From Alphaproteobacteria bacterium (GTDB lineage Bacteria; Pseudomonadota; Alphaproteobacteria; MPNO01; UBA830), in contig OZ219790.1 in NCBI GenBank assembly GCA_964291215.2, positions 1,568,001-1,632,000 on the forward strand: a stretch of 64,000 nucleotides of DNA, written 5' to 3'. A program made the translations under genes and the position numbers. The notes below the pieces were generated by a model. The model made no database searches, had not been told where the DNA came from, and saw nothing but the letters and a program-made list of their open reading frames with translations. Position 1 is the first letter of the stretch, and the number at the start of each line of letters is the position of its first letter. Below, in pieces: positions 31,965 through 43,064 of the stretch.

Positions 31965-32870
31965 ATGGCTGATCTGGGTTTCGTGGGGCTCGGCAACATG
32001 GGCGGTGCGCTCGCGCGCCGCCTGCTGCAGGCGCACCGTCTTCACGTCTGGGACCTCGAGCCCGCCGCCGTTGCCGGCCTCGTCGGAAGCGGCGCGGTTG
32101 CGGTCAACGGGCTTGCCGGTCTCGCCAGCTGCGGGGCGGCCGCCATCGTCACCTGCCTGCCGACCTCGCAGGATGTCGAGGATGTCCTGTTCGGCGCGGA
32201 CGGCATTGCCGCCCGACTGGAGCCCGGAACCGTGGTCATCGACATGACGACCGGCGATCCCCTGGTCACGGACACGCTTGCGGAACGGCTTGCGGGGCTC
32301 GGCGTCGACCTCGTCGACGCGCCGGTGTCGGGAGGCGTAATCGGCGCCGAGGAAGGCACGATCACAATCATGGCGGGGGCGTCTCCGGCATTGTTCGAAC
32401 GGGTGCGACCGGTGCTTGAGGACATCAGCCCCAACGTTTTCCATGCAGGCGGCGCCGGCAGCGGGCACGCGATGAAGCTGATCAACAACATGATCTCATC
32501 CTGCGCTCGGGTCGCCGTTTTCGAGGGACTCGCGCTTGCGGTCAAGGCGGGCATCGAGCCGGTCCGGTTCACCGAAATTCTCTCCAGGGGTTCGGGCCGC
32601 GGCTATGTCGCCGACACGACGCTTCCCCGCTACGTCCTCGCCGACCGCAGCGATCAGGGGTTCGGGCTGGCGCTGATGTACAAGGATCTCGCGCTCGCGA
32701 CCCGGCTGGGACAGGATCTCGAGGTGCCGCTCGCCGCGGGGGGCCATGCCCGTGAGGTGTTCCGGCGCGCGCTCAACGAGCTTGGCGCGGATGTCGATAT
32801 CACCCAGCTGATCCGCCTGTTCGAGCGCGACGCCGGCGTCGACATCTGCGCATCGTCGGCGGATGCCTGA
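31965..32870 (+). CDS. 3-hydroxyisobutyrate dehydrogenase-family NAD(P)-dependent oxidoreductase
   Basis: GFVGLGNMG, DAPVSGG, MKLINN, KDLALA. Confidence 0.9.
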   Translation: MADLGFVGLGNMGGALARRLLQAHRLHVWDLEPAAVAGLVGSGAVAVNGLAGLASCGAAAIVTCLPTSQDVEDVLFGADGIAARLEPGTVVIDMTTGDPLVTDTLAERLAGLGVDLVDAPVSGGVIGAEEGTITIMAGASPALFERVRPVLEDISPNVFHAGGAGSGHAMKLINNMISSCARVAVFEGLALAVKAGIEPVRFTEILSRGSGRGYVADTTLPRYVLADRSDQGFGLALMYKDLALATRLGQDLEVPLAAGGHAREVFRRALNELGADVDITQLIRLFERDAGVDICASSADA

Positions 32871-32912
32871 GTGAGGCCCGGTCCGGCGGTCCTGCGGGTG
32901 CGCTCCGCCGGA

Positions 32913-33535
32913 TCAGTTCTCGCCCGGCTCCGGGGACGCAAGCGCGAGATCGGAGACGATGCGATCAGGACGTTGAGATCGCCGGGCAGCCCGCCGCCGT
33001 AGCCCTCTATGCCGAATCCCGGGACTATCACGACATCGCCCTTCGAGGTGCCCAACGGAATATCGACCGCCAGGGTGAGGCCGGTCATGGTGGCGATCAG
33101 CCTGCAGGCACCTTCGCGCGATTCGGTCTCGGTAATCGCAAGGTGCTCCGCCATGTCCTGGCCCCGCATCCACAGCGATGTGGCGGCGGCGCCCTTGACC
33201 TGTCCGAGCCGCGTTCCTGCGATATCGCCGAACAGGTCGATCACGCGTTCGCCGGTGGCCTCGTTGATCTCGAAATCGAACCATGCGCCGCCACGCGCCC
33301 ACGGCTTGGCGCCGTCAGGCTGTGCCTGGGCTTTGGTGAACCGGTCATAGGCGGCACGCCTGTGGCGGTCGGCAAGCAGGTTGTAGGCGGTCGTGATTTC
33401 CTTGAAGCGCTCGGCCGCCGCTTCGTCGCCGGCATTGACGTCGGGGTGAAGCTCCTTGGCGAGTGATCGGTAGGCCTGCTTGATTTGTTCGAGATCGGCG
33501 TTCCGGTCGACACCAATGAGTTCGTAGGCGTTCAT
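32913..33535 (-). CDS. DnaJ/CbpA-like J-domain protein, probable frameshift near the C-terminus
   Basis: LHPD J-domain, FKEITTAY, PGDLNV; natural-looking end in another frame at 32913. Confidence 0.75.
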
Positions 33536-33610
33536 CGGCACAGTGTCGCGACGCGCCGAAACCGGTCAAGGGATGACGGCGCCGTACGGCCCAGGCCTCC
33601 GGTACCCGGG

Positions 33611-34165
33611 TCACGCCGGTTCCGCCGGCAGACCAGCGGTTCCAAGGAGCCCGGCCGCCTGGAGTTCGGTAATGAAGCCGAACATCTGCCTGTCCTCTAT
33701 GCGATCGGGATAGAGAATACCGTCGAGATGATCGCATTCGTGCTGGACGACCCGGGCATGGAACCCCGAGGCCTGCCGGTCTATCGGCCGCCCTTCGCCG
33801 TCGCGTCCGCGATAGCGGATGCGGGCGTGCCGGCGGACGAGCCCCCGCATTCCGGGGACGCTCAGACAGCCCTCCCAACCCTCCTCGCTGGCCTCGCCGA
33901 TCGGGACGATTTCCGGATTGATCAGAACCGTTTGCGGCACGGGCGGCACGTCGGGATAACGCGGACTGTTCTCGATGCCGAATATCACGACGCGGAGCGG
34001 CACGCCGATCTGCGCCGCCGCGAGGCCGACGCCGTCACAGGCCTTCATGGTATCGAGCATGTCGGCGACCAGGTTTTCGAGCGCCACATCGCCGAACCGT
34101 TCCATGTCTTCAGCCCGGCGCCGCAACCGGGGATCGCCCATCCGCAGAACCTCGCATACCGCCAT
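33611..34165 (-). CDS. def: Peptide deformylase
   Basis: GVGLAAAQIG, EGCLSVPG, QHECDHLDG. Confidence 0.95.
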   Translation of the reverse strand: MAVCEVLRMGDPRLRRRAEDMERFGDVALENLVADMLDTMKACDGVGLAAAQIGVPLRVVIFGIENSPRYPDVPPVPQTVLINPEIVPIGEASEEGWEGCLSVPGMRGLVRRHARIRYRGRDGEGRPIDRQASGFHARVVQHECDHLDGILYPDRIEDRQMFGFITELQAAGLLGTAGLPAEPA

Positions 34166-34361
34166 CGGAACAATCTCCCGCAGGTTGCCGTCTCCAAACA
34201 TCCGAACTGCACGGCCAGCCGCAATTCCGGTCTGTCCGGCAGCCATATCCCGTTCCTGCCCGGCTTTCAATCGCAGGCGCGAATCCCGGGCCCGCGGGTC
34301 CTGTGACAGCGGAATTCCGAGCCCATGATCGTTCGCAGCCGCCTTCTGGCCGGCCGGAACG

Positions 34362-34885
34362 TCAGCTCGCGACCAGTTCGTCGATCACGGCCGTGTACAT
34401 GTCCCTGGCCTCGGCGCCGAAACAGGCGAACACGACCTTCTCGACGGTACTGCCGCTTTCGAAATGGCTCGCGGTTTCGGCCACCGCGACGCGCGTTGCC
34501 CGGTCGAGAGGGTAGTCATAGACACCCGCGCTGATCGCCGGAAACGCGATGGAGGCCACGCCCGTGTCCTCCGCGACCTCGAAACAGCGGCGATAGCAGC
34601 ATGCCAGCAGACCGGGTTCGCCGCGGTTGCCGCTCTGCCATACCGGGCCGACGGTGTGGATCACGATACGGGCGGGAAGGCGATAGGCTCCGGTAGCCTT
34701 GGCGTCGCCGGTGTCGCAGCCGCCGAGCGCGCGGCATTCCTCAAGGAGACGAGGTCCCGCCATGCGATGAATTGCGCCGTCGACGCCGCCTCCGCCCAGG
34801 AGGGCGTTGTTGGCCGCGTTCACGACGGCATCGACTGCGAGCGTCGTGATGTCGCCCTCGAAGATCTCGATCCGTTCTCTTATAG
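34362..34885 (-). pseudogene. Macro-domain O-acetyl-ADP-ribose deacetylase (YmdB-like), start cut by IS66
   Basis: [44 protein letters not shown]; IS66 end at 34886 removes the start. Confidence 0.8.
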
Positions 34886-37125
34886 GTAAGCGTTCGTTCG
34901 TGCGGTGAGGTGTTGTTGTTTTCGTCCGTTTGACGGGCTTTTGTCAGGGAGTTCCAGCGTCACCCGGAGCGGTTTCGTGCGCCGGGATGCGCGGTGAGGG
35001 GCACTGGCGCCATGCCGTGTTTTCCGCATTGGTTGCGGTTTTGTCCCGGCGCTGCGGAGGAGGAGCTGAGCGCCATCCTGTGCCGGTTGCAGGGTTCAGA
35101 GGGTCCGCTTCCAGTCCTTGCGGAGCGGGCCAGATGTCCTTCTTCGGCTTCTGTCATGTCGGTCGTGGCGGCCGCTGGTTGTTCCGACGCGGCCGGCAGA
35201 CGCCGCGGCGCGGGACCAGGGTCTCGCAGGGCACGGGCGTGGTGTTGCAGCGCGCGGTCCATGCGGCGGTCGAGAAGCAGCGGCTCGCCGCATGGTAGCG
35301 CATCTGCGGCGCCGACCAGGCGCGTGTATCCGAGGTCGTGTCAGCGGGCGGGGCTCGTCGAGAATCTTCGGGGCGGCGGTGTCCGACGTGATCAGCTTCG
35401 GGGGGGCTGGCAGCGGCAGAAGGCGCGGGCGATGGGGTTCGCTCCGTGATCGTCGCAGCAGCCGCATCTCCGCGACCATGAAGTCGTGCCCTCGACCTCA
35501 CGGCGGCGCTGCGAATCTCCGCCGCCTCTCCGGGCTCACGGCAACCAGGGCGACAGATCGCCGGGCGGCCGTTCTCCGCGCAGGCGCCAGCGCAGAACGT
35601 CGAGGCCGCTCCTCGCGGCCGTGTACATGACAGCCGTCCATGCTGTCGGAACCGAAGCCGGGCTTCCGCCCGGGCCCCTGACAGCCCTTTCCCCGAAATT
35701 GTTGTCCATGGTCGACGAACACGCGATGGTTGAGCGCAGCGGCCTGCCTTCCGGCGCCGCTTTCGGAAGCCTCGGCGCTTCCGCAAACAGCGACCGCAGT
35801 CTCCGGCGCCGCCTGCGCGGCCTCGAACGCCGCCGGAAGCAAGGCAGTCGAGCCGTGTTCAGGCGGCAGATCTCCGCGATCGATCCATTCCCACCCCTCC
35901 AGCTGCAGCCGGCGCAGTCCGGAAAGTCGCGCCGACAATGCGCCCGGCAACAGCACAGGATGATGAAGGACCACAGGCGCGCCAGCTTCTTGCAGGCGCC
36001 GTAGCGGTCGCAGACATGGGGGCGTCCGCAAACAGCTTCGCCGCGACCTCGGCGCTGCGCGAGGGAGAGGACCGCGTCACGGCTGACCGATGTCCGGAGC
36101 CAGGCGCGACTTCCGGACCTCCCTCAGGGCCCGGATGCATCGGCATGGCGCAGACCCCGGTGCGCGAGGATCGCGTCCCGAAACGGCTCGAACAGGGGCA
36201 GCATCCGGCTCGCTGGCCGGCGTTCCCGGCGAAAGCCCCTGGACGCGGCGCAAGGGCCGCATGCACGCGCTCGTGCAGCACATGCGTCCACACCCGAATG
36301 CGGTGCCGGGAAACAGCCGCCACCGGTGAACCGGGGCAGTCACAGCCCCGGCGGACAATCCGCCGCTTTTGATCTCGATGATCCTGGTGCGAACCGTTGG
36401 CAACGCAGCACGAGCAGGCGTCCTCCGCCACCTTCAGCCGCTCCTCCACCTCCTCGAGCGCCGGCCGCGGCCATGTGCCGCGCTGCTGGCCGCGCTTCGA
36501 TGACGCCCGCTGCCTCTTCTCGCTCTTGCGTCCGTACATCGACGACCTGTTCAAACGAAGCTTGTCGTTCTCCGCCTCGAGCGCCCCGACCCTTCAGAAC
36601 CTTCATCGCGGTCTTCAGGCCGGCATTCTCCATGCACAGCGACACTACCGTCGACCGCTTCCGCGCGCCGGCCTCGGCAAGAAGCCCGCCCGGACGCGCA
36701 ACCTCCTGCTTCAGCGCAAGAGACTGCTTCGCCGTCCGCCGAACTTCCCTGACCTCCGCACGGGCAGCTGACAGCTTCTCGCGATTGCTCTCGAAAATCG
36801 CCTTCAGGGAATTCGTGCGGCTGCGCTCCTCCACCTCCTGCATGCGCAGCTCCTCGCAGCGACCCTCCGCAGCCGCCGTGCGGGCTTCCGCCGCCTCGGC
36901 TCGAATACGCTCGCGATCGTACAGGGACTTCCAGGTGACCGAATCACGACACGACGACTGCAGCATGTCGCCAGCGGCGTCCGCACCCGATGATGGCATG
37001 AAATCCTCAATGCACATGACCATGCACGACCTGATGGCACCGTCAAAAAATTTACGGCCCCCTTCTCCGAATCACCAAAACAAATCTCGGCGCAGATCGT
37101 CATCACCGCATGAACGAACGCTTAC
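34886..37125 (-). mobile_element. IS66-family type A, both ends present, degraded
   Basis: Inverted ends gtaagcgttcgttcgtgcggtga / tcaccgcatgaacgaacgcttac; flanks not duplicated. Confidence 0.88.
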
Positions 37126-37365
37126 TGCGGAGCGTTCCCACCTCCACCGCTCGGCCCTGCCGTCGTGACAAAATCTTGCCCTGAAACGGGCGATTGTCAC
37201 GAAAACTCGTTTTCGCCGCTGCCTCGCGACCGCACAACCGTGCTAAATCAATGACTTGGATTCGCCATACGAGAACTGCACCCTACCAGCATGAGTTCAC
37301 CTTGATATCACCTAAACCCCAAAATATCATGGACCAATTACATGATTTAGCCGATGAAGTTCCGT

Positions 37366-38361
37366 TTAGATCTTCGAGAGTTCGTGCGTCGATTCCGCAA
37401 ACAGTTCCTCAGGCGTCATCAGGCGTTCGGAAAGCCCGTGGCTGTAGGAGTAGCGCGCGAGCGCCTCGATCTCGTGGCGGCATTCCTCGACGCCGTACCG
37501 CCAGAAGTCGTCGCCCATGAGCGCGACCGTATCGCGCCGTTCCGCATCGACCCACGGAAGCGTTATCGCGAGCGCCGCGGTCTTGGCGATCTGCTCGTAG
37601 GCAGCGTCGCGCGCCTCGACCAGCGCCTTGTAGATGCTGCAGGGAAGCCACGGATATTTTTTGACTAGATTCTTGCGGACGCCCATCAGATGCATGATCG
37701 GGAACATTCCGGTCTTGCTGTAATATTCCCGCTCGACCGACCGGAAATTGGAAAACAGCCTCCCGATGTTGGGCTTGCCCAACGTGAAGCTTGAGGGTGC
37801 GCGCGCCGTGGTCAGCGCATCGAGTTCGCCTGCCTCGAACATTTCGACCAAGGTGCGATCCCCGGGGATCGGCTCGAGATCGAGGCCGGCGGGAGGTTCG
37901 AAAGGCGTGCGCTCGTCTCGTCCCGGCTCCTCCTGGCCGCCGGAGCGCCAGCGTATCTCGGTCGGCTTCACGCCATATTCGTCCTCAAGAATGCCGCGCA
38001 TCCAGACCGGCGCCGTCATCTGGTATTCGGGCACCCCCACGAGCTTGCCGCGCAGGTCTCCCGGCTTCTCGATCCCCCGGTCGGTGCGAATATAGAACGC
38101 CGAATGCCGGAACAGGCGGCTCACGAAGGCCGGAATGCCGACATAGTCGCTCTTGCCCTGAGACATCACCCTGATGTAGCTGGAAAACGACAGTTCGCAG
38201 CAATCGAACTCGGCGAAACGGAAGGCCCGAAAGAACACCTCCTCCGGTTCCATCGGGATGAAGGTGACGTCGCACCCCTCTACCTTGACGCTGCCGTCCT
38301 TGATCGCCGCGAGCCTGTCCGTGTCCCCGGCCACGATCGTGATGGGTATGTCTCTTGCCAT
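37366..38361 (-). CDS. 4,5-dihydroxyphthalate decarboxylase-like / periplasmic-binding-fold protein
   Basis: PEEVFFRAF, ELSFSSY, SRLFRHS, VGVPEYQMTA, FPIMH. Confidence 0.8.
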   Translation of the reverse strand: MARDIPITIVAGDTDRLAAIKDGSVKVEGCDVTFIPMEPEEVFFRAFRFAEFDCCELSFSSYIRVMSQGKSDYVGIPAFVSRLFRHSAFYIRTDRGIEKPGDLRGKLVGVPEYQMTAPVWMRGILEDEYGVKPTEIRWRSGGQEEPGRDERTPFEPPAGLDLEPIPGDRTLVEMFEAGELDALTTARAPSSFTLGKPNIGRLFSNFRSVEREYYSKTGMFPIMHLMGVRKNLVKKYPWLPCSIYKALVEARDAAYEQIAKTAALAITLPWVDAERRDTVALMGDDFWRYGVEECRHEIEALARYSYSHGLSERLMTPEELFAESTHELSKI

Positions 38362-38453
38362 GGATGAACTCCTGCCGTCGGATGTGTGCTGCCGCCGATG
38401 ATACCAGTCTCGGGCCGGCTCGCAAAAGGAAGCGCCCGGGTCCGCGGCATCCG

Positions 38454-39524
38454 CTATCCGGCGGCCACCTTCATTTCCCCGGCCCAATCCAGCCCGAGCC
38501 GTTCGCCAGCCGCAAGAATCCCGCTCCAGGCCGTGTCGTCGATGAAGACGCCGTCTGCACTGCGGACCTTGTTGTTCGCCCGTTCCATGTCGCCGGCCAC
38601 GATCACCGGCGTCGCCGCATCGACGGGCCGCGCTGATTTGACGTAGTCAACCGTCGCGTCGATCTCGGTCTCAAGCCAGGACCTGTCGACCAGGCGTGCC
38701 GGATCGATGACAACCGTCAGCATGTTGTTGACGATCCCTCCCAGGCGCTGGTTTCTCGGCTGGATGGTGCCGCCGCCGGACAGGCCGCCGGCGAGCAATT
38801 CGCATACGAGGGCAAGTCCCGATCCCTTGTGCAGCCCGAACGGAAGCAGGGCGCCCCGCGGCTCGGAGAAGATTACCGCGGGATCCGTCGTCGCCTGTCC
38901 GCGGGCGTCGATGACAAGCCCGTCATCGAGCTTCTCGCCCTTGGTCATGGCGACCCGCGCCTTGCCCATCGCGATCCGGCTCGTTGCCATGTCGAGCAGC
39001 GTCATCGGCGTGTTATCGGTCGCTGGCACCGCGATGCAGACCGGATTGGTCACGAAACGCGCCTCGGCGCCTCCCCACGGCGCAACGCACGGCTCATGGT
39101 CGACGACATTCACGAAATGAAGCGAGATCAGCCCGGCGTCGGCCGCGATTTCGCCGTAGGCGCCGATGCGCCCGAGATGGTGGGCGTCGCGCAGGGTCAT
39201 CAGGACGACTCCGGTCTCGCGGCACCTCGCGACGGCCGCCGCCATCGCCTCGCCGCCGACCCGCCGCCCGAAGCCGTGGCGGCCGTCGAACATCAGAATG
39301 GCGCCGTCGTCTCCCACCTGCTCGACCGCGGTGCCCGGACGCAGGCGCCCGGCCTCGAAATGCTCGACATAGGCCGGCACCAGCCCGACCCCGTGGCTGT
39401 CATGGCCCATTAGGTTCGCCGTCACCAGGGATTCCGCGACGAGCGCAGCCTCGTCCTCTGGACTTCCCATCTTCTCGAATATGCCGGCTGTCAGTCCGGT
39501 CAGCGCCTCAGCCTGAATCTGCAT
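38454..39524 (-). CDS. Ldh_2 (malate/lactate/ureidoglycolate) dehydrogenase family
   Basis: GHDSHGV, HHLGRIG, TNPVC, LDMATS, HKGSGL. Confidence 0.88.
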   Translation of the reverse strand: MQIQAEALTGLTAGIFEKMGSPEDEAALVAESLVTANLMGHDSHGVGLVPAYVEHFEAGRLRPGTAVEQVGDDGAILMFDGRHGFGRRVGGEAMAAAVARCRETGVVLMTLRDAHHLGRIGAYGEIAADAGLISLHFVNVVDHEPCVAPWGGAEARFVTNPVCIAVPATDNTPMTLLDMATSRIAMGKARVAMTKGEKLDDGLVIDARGQATTDPAVIFSEPRGALLPFGLHKGSGLALVCELLAGGLSGGGTIQPRNQRLGGIVNNMLTVVIDPARLVDRSWLETEIDATVDYVKSARPVDAATPVIVAGDMERANNKVRSADGVFIDDTAWSGILAAGERLGLDWAGEMKVAAG

Positions 39525-39537
39525 CACTGCTCCTCGG

Positions 39538-40794
39538 TCAGAATCGTTCGGCGGCGAAGGGCGCCATGTCCATCGGAGGCGTCCGGCCGCCGGCAAGATC
39601 AGCGATCAGGCGTCCGGTCACTGCCGCCATTGTAAGACCGAGATGGCCATGCCCAAAGGCGAAAAACACGTCCCGGCGCCTCGGCGCGCGCCCGATGACC
39701 GGAAGGCTGTCGGGCAATGCCGGACGGTCGCCCATCCACCGTTCCGCTGCTTCGAGACGGAGACCCGGCACGAACGGCCTCGCGAGATCGCCAAGGATGT
39801 CGGCCCGCTCCCAGTAGGGCGGCAGGTCGAGGCCGGCAAGTTCGGCCGTGCCCGCAAGCCTAATCCCGCCCGTCATCGGCACGATGGCGAAGAAATGGTC
39901 ACCGACCACGATCGGCCGCCGCATCTCGACGCCGGGCTGCGGGAGCCAGAGATGGTAGCCGCGCTCGGTGTCAAGCGGCACCGGCGATCCGGAAGCCCGC
40001 GCAAACGACCGGGAGAACGCGCCGGCCGCAATCACGAGGGAGTCCGCCTCGTGGGCGCCGCCGTCGGTCAGGAGCCGGACCCGGCCCGCCGCGCCAGTCT
40101 CGATCCCCGTCACGTTCTCGCGGACGAAGGCGCCACCCTTGCGCCGGATCAGTTCGACCAGCCGCTGCGAAAGATGAAGCGGATGGGTGACCGAACTTGC
40201 CGCAGGCGAATAGACGCCGGCGTGGAGGTCGCGCGCCAGCGCCGGCTCGAGCTGGCGCATCTCGGCGACCGTGAGTTCCTCGAGCCGGGCGCCGCGCCGG
40301 CGACGCAGCGCGTGGCTCTCCTGTGCCGCCTCCCATGCCTCCTTCCTGCGGTACACATGGAGCTCGCCGGTCTCGCGCCATACATCCTCGGCGCCGGCCT
40401 CGCGGATCAGGATCCGCCACGCTTCATCCGACCGGTCGAGAAGCGACGCGAGCGCGATCGAGATCTTCTCGACGCTGGATTTCCGCGCCGCCCACGCAAA
40501 CCGCACGAGCCACGGGGCGACGCGGTGCAGGTAGCGCCAGCGCACTACCAGCGGTCCGGTGGGATCGAGCAGCATGCGCGGAATTCGCCGCACCACGCCC
40601 GGCGTCGCTATCGGCGTCATCGCGTCGACCTGGATGAGGCCGGCATTGCCGAACGAGGTTCCGGTTCCGGGCTCGGCACGATCGACGAGCGTGACCTCGT
40701 GGCCGTCGCGCTGCAGGAAGGCAGCGCAGCAGAGCCCGACAACGCCGGCGCCTAGAATCGTGAACCGTCCTGATGGCATCGGCATCTCCGCCAT
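39538..40794 (-). CDS. D-amino acid dehydrogenase / FAD-dependent oxidoreductase
   Basis: GAGVVG, TSFGNAG, ERGYH, PDSLPVIG, FGHGHLGLT. Confidence 0.88.
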   Translation of the reverse strand: MAEMPMPSGRFTILGAGVVGLCCAAFLQRDGHEVTLVDRAEPGTGTSFGNAGLIQVDAMTPIATPGVVRRIPRMLLDPTGPLVVRWRYLHRVAPWLVRFAWAARKSSVEKISIALASLLDRSDEAWRILIREAGAEDVWRETGELHVYRRKEAWEAAQESHALRRRRGARLEELTVAEMRQLEPALARDLHAGVYSPAASSVTHPLHLSQRLVELIRRKGGAFVRENVTGIETGAAGRVRLLTDGGAHEADSLVIAAGAFSRSFARASGSPVPLDTERGYHLWLPQPGVEMRRPIVVGDHFFAIVPMTGGIRLAGTAELAGLDLPPYWERADILGDLARPFVPGLRLEAAERWMGDRPALPDSLPVIGRAPRRRDVFFAFGHGHLGLTMAAVTGRLIADLAGGRTPPMDMAPFAAERF

Positions 40795-40946
40795 GTCGCC
40801 TCCCGTCAGCAGCCGGACCGCGCGTCCGGAAACGCCGCAGCGGCACCCGTCCTGCAGCCACTGCATCACTGATACCATTCTGCTATTAATCTGGCGACCC
40901 GCAACCCTTTGCTGCGCCGGCAACCACCCGGCAACCGGAGTTCGCC

Positions 40947-41567
40947 ATGTCCGACCCCGTCACGCTGATGGTCTTTACCGACTACGTCTGACCCTGGTGC
41001 TACCTCGGCACCGTGCGTGTCGACCAACTCCGCAAGGCCTACGACATCGCCGTCGAGCTCGTGCATTTCCCGCTGCATCCGGACACACCGAAAGAGGGGC
41101 GCGAGATGGCCGGGTTCTACGCCGCCCGCGGCCTCGATCCCGACAGGATGTACCGGGAGATGAAGGCGCGCATGGACGCCGAGGGCCTTCCCTACAGCCG
41201 GCGCACCCATACCTACAACAGCCGTCTCGCCCAGGAGCTCGGCAAGTGGGCCGACACCATTGAGGACGGCGAACCTCTCCATGACGCGCTCTATCGCGCC
41301 TATTTCGTGGACGCGCGGAACATCGGCGATACCGAGGTGCTGCTCGATCTCGTGGACGGACTCGGACTGCCGGCCGACCAGGCACGCGAGGTCATCGCCA
41401 CACGCGCTTTCAGTGATGCCGTCGACGAGGACTGGGCGCGGTCCCGCAGCTACGGCGTGACCGGGGTGCCAACCTATGTCGTCGGCGGCTACGGTGTGGT
41501 CGGCGCCCAGCCCTACGAGGCGCTCGTACAGCTCGTACAGCAGGCCGGCGGCACGGCGCGAAACTGA
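40947..41567 (+). CDS. DsbA/FrnE-family thiol oxidoreductase, predicted selenoprotein (UxxC)
   Basis: ATG 40947 after GGAG; MSDPVTLMVFTDYV-TGA(40989-40991)-PWCYLG in frame with the downstream ORF ending GVTGVPTY...GAQPYE; hairpin just after the TGA. Confidence 0.88.
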
Positions 41568-41841
41568 CGGCCCGACATGCCGTTCGCCGCGGCAACAACC
41601 GGAGACGCGATCGCCGCGTTCGAGCGCGACGGCGTAGCGCTGGTCCGGCGAGCCTTCACCGACCGGTGGCTCGGCATGCTCGACGAGGCCGTGGACGCAG
41701 CGCTCGCAACGCCGAGCCCGCTGTCGCGCGAATACGCACCCACAGGCCGCGGCCACTTCTTTGCCGACCATCACATGAGTCAGAACAGCGAGGACTTCCA
41801 GCAGTTCATCGAGGAGTCGCCGGCAGCCGCGATTCCGCCGG

Positions 41842-43064
41842 GGTACTGTAACTTGATGTCTGGAAATTTGTCTGAGGTTTGCGCTTTGAGGCGTTTCACT
41901 GGGGGGCTAGCCCCCCCAGTGAAACGCGGCGCCATCGTGCTATCCCATGGAGTTGTAAAACCTTCATGGAGGAAGCGAATGGACCTGCGACACACTACGA
42001 CGATTGAGGCCGTTTTGGAACATCTGATCGCAAACGGAGCAACGGATCTGGGGCGGGTCTTTGGCCAGCTCTTCGAGCTTGCGATGCATATCGAGCGCGA
42101 GCAGTACTTGAAAGCGGGCCACCGGACACCGGAGCGACAGGGCTATGCCAACGGCTACAAACGGATCGACACCCCCACTGTTGCCGTTCAGGTGCCAAAG
42201 ACGGCCGGTCACGGGGACGACCCCCCAGTCGCTTGAACGCGGCCAGCGATCTTCTCGCGCCGTAGCCGAGATGTACATCAAGGGTGTTTCCACACGGCAG
42301 GATGTAATGCGCGAGTTCGGGAGCCTGTCCTCTTCTCAGGTCAGCCGGGCCACCAGGTTGCTCGATGAAGAACTCGCCGCGCAACCGGCCCCTGATGAAA
42401 TACCTGGATGCGCGCTACGAAAAAGCCCGCCATGACGGCGTTGTGCGCGATGTCGCAGTGCTCTCGGCCATCGGAATAGGGGCTGCAGGCACGTTCTGGG
42501 GCTCTCTGTGGCGCTCTCCGAGGCCGAGGTCCATTGGAGAGCCTTCCTGGAAAGCTTGCTAGCCCTGCATGGTACGACCTTCATCGTCTCGGATGCCGGG
42601 CTGAAAGCGGCACGACGCGCGGTGCTGGGCGCGGCGACATGGCAGCGCTGCCAGTTCCACCTGGCGCAAAACGCCGTGCACCGAACAACGACATCAGGAA
42701 ACGTATTGGAAAACAGCTCAGAGCCACGCCTCCTCACTCCAAACCGCCGAGGCTGAACTGGGCGCCCTCGTGGCCAGCGACAAGCATCCAGGCTTCCTGG
42801 CTGGAAAACAATGCGGGGCTCGCTGTCTTCACCTTGCCCGATGCTCACCACAAGCGTATGCGAACCTCGAACGGCATCGAGCGACCGATCCAGCAAGAGC
42901 TCAAGCGGCGCATCTCCAAAGTCAGGGTCTTTCCGAACCTCGCCTCGTTGGAGCGCCTCTCAACCGCGGTCCTCATCGACGAAAAATGGGAAACCGAAAC
43001 CAAGATCAAATGGGAACAGCTCGATCAGCTTCACGACAATTTCCAGACATCAGGTTGCGTAATC
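41842..43064 (+). mobile_element. IS256-family element, copy 2, degraded
   Basis: TIRs ggtactgtaacttgatgtctggaaatt / aatttccagacatcaggttgcgtaatc; only an imperfect flank duplication. Confidence 0.92.
41891..41927. repeat. Palindrome in the IS256 5' region
   Basis: gcgtttcactgggggg-CTAG-cccccccagtgaaacgc. Confidence 0.9.
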
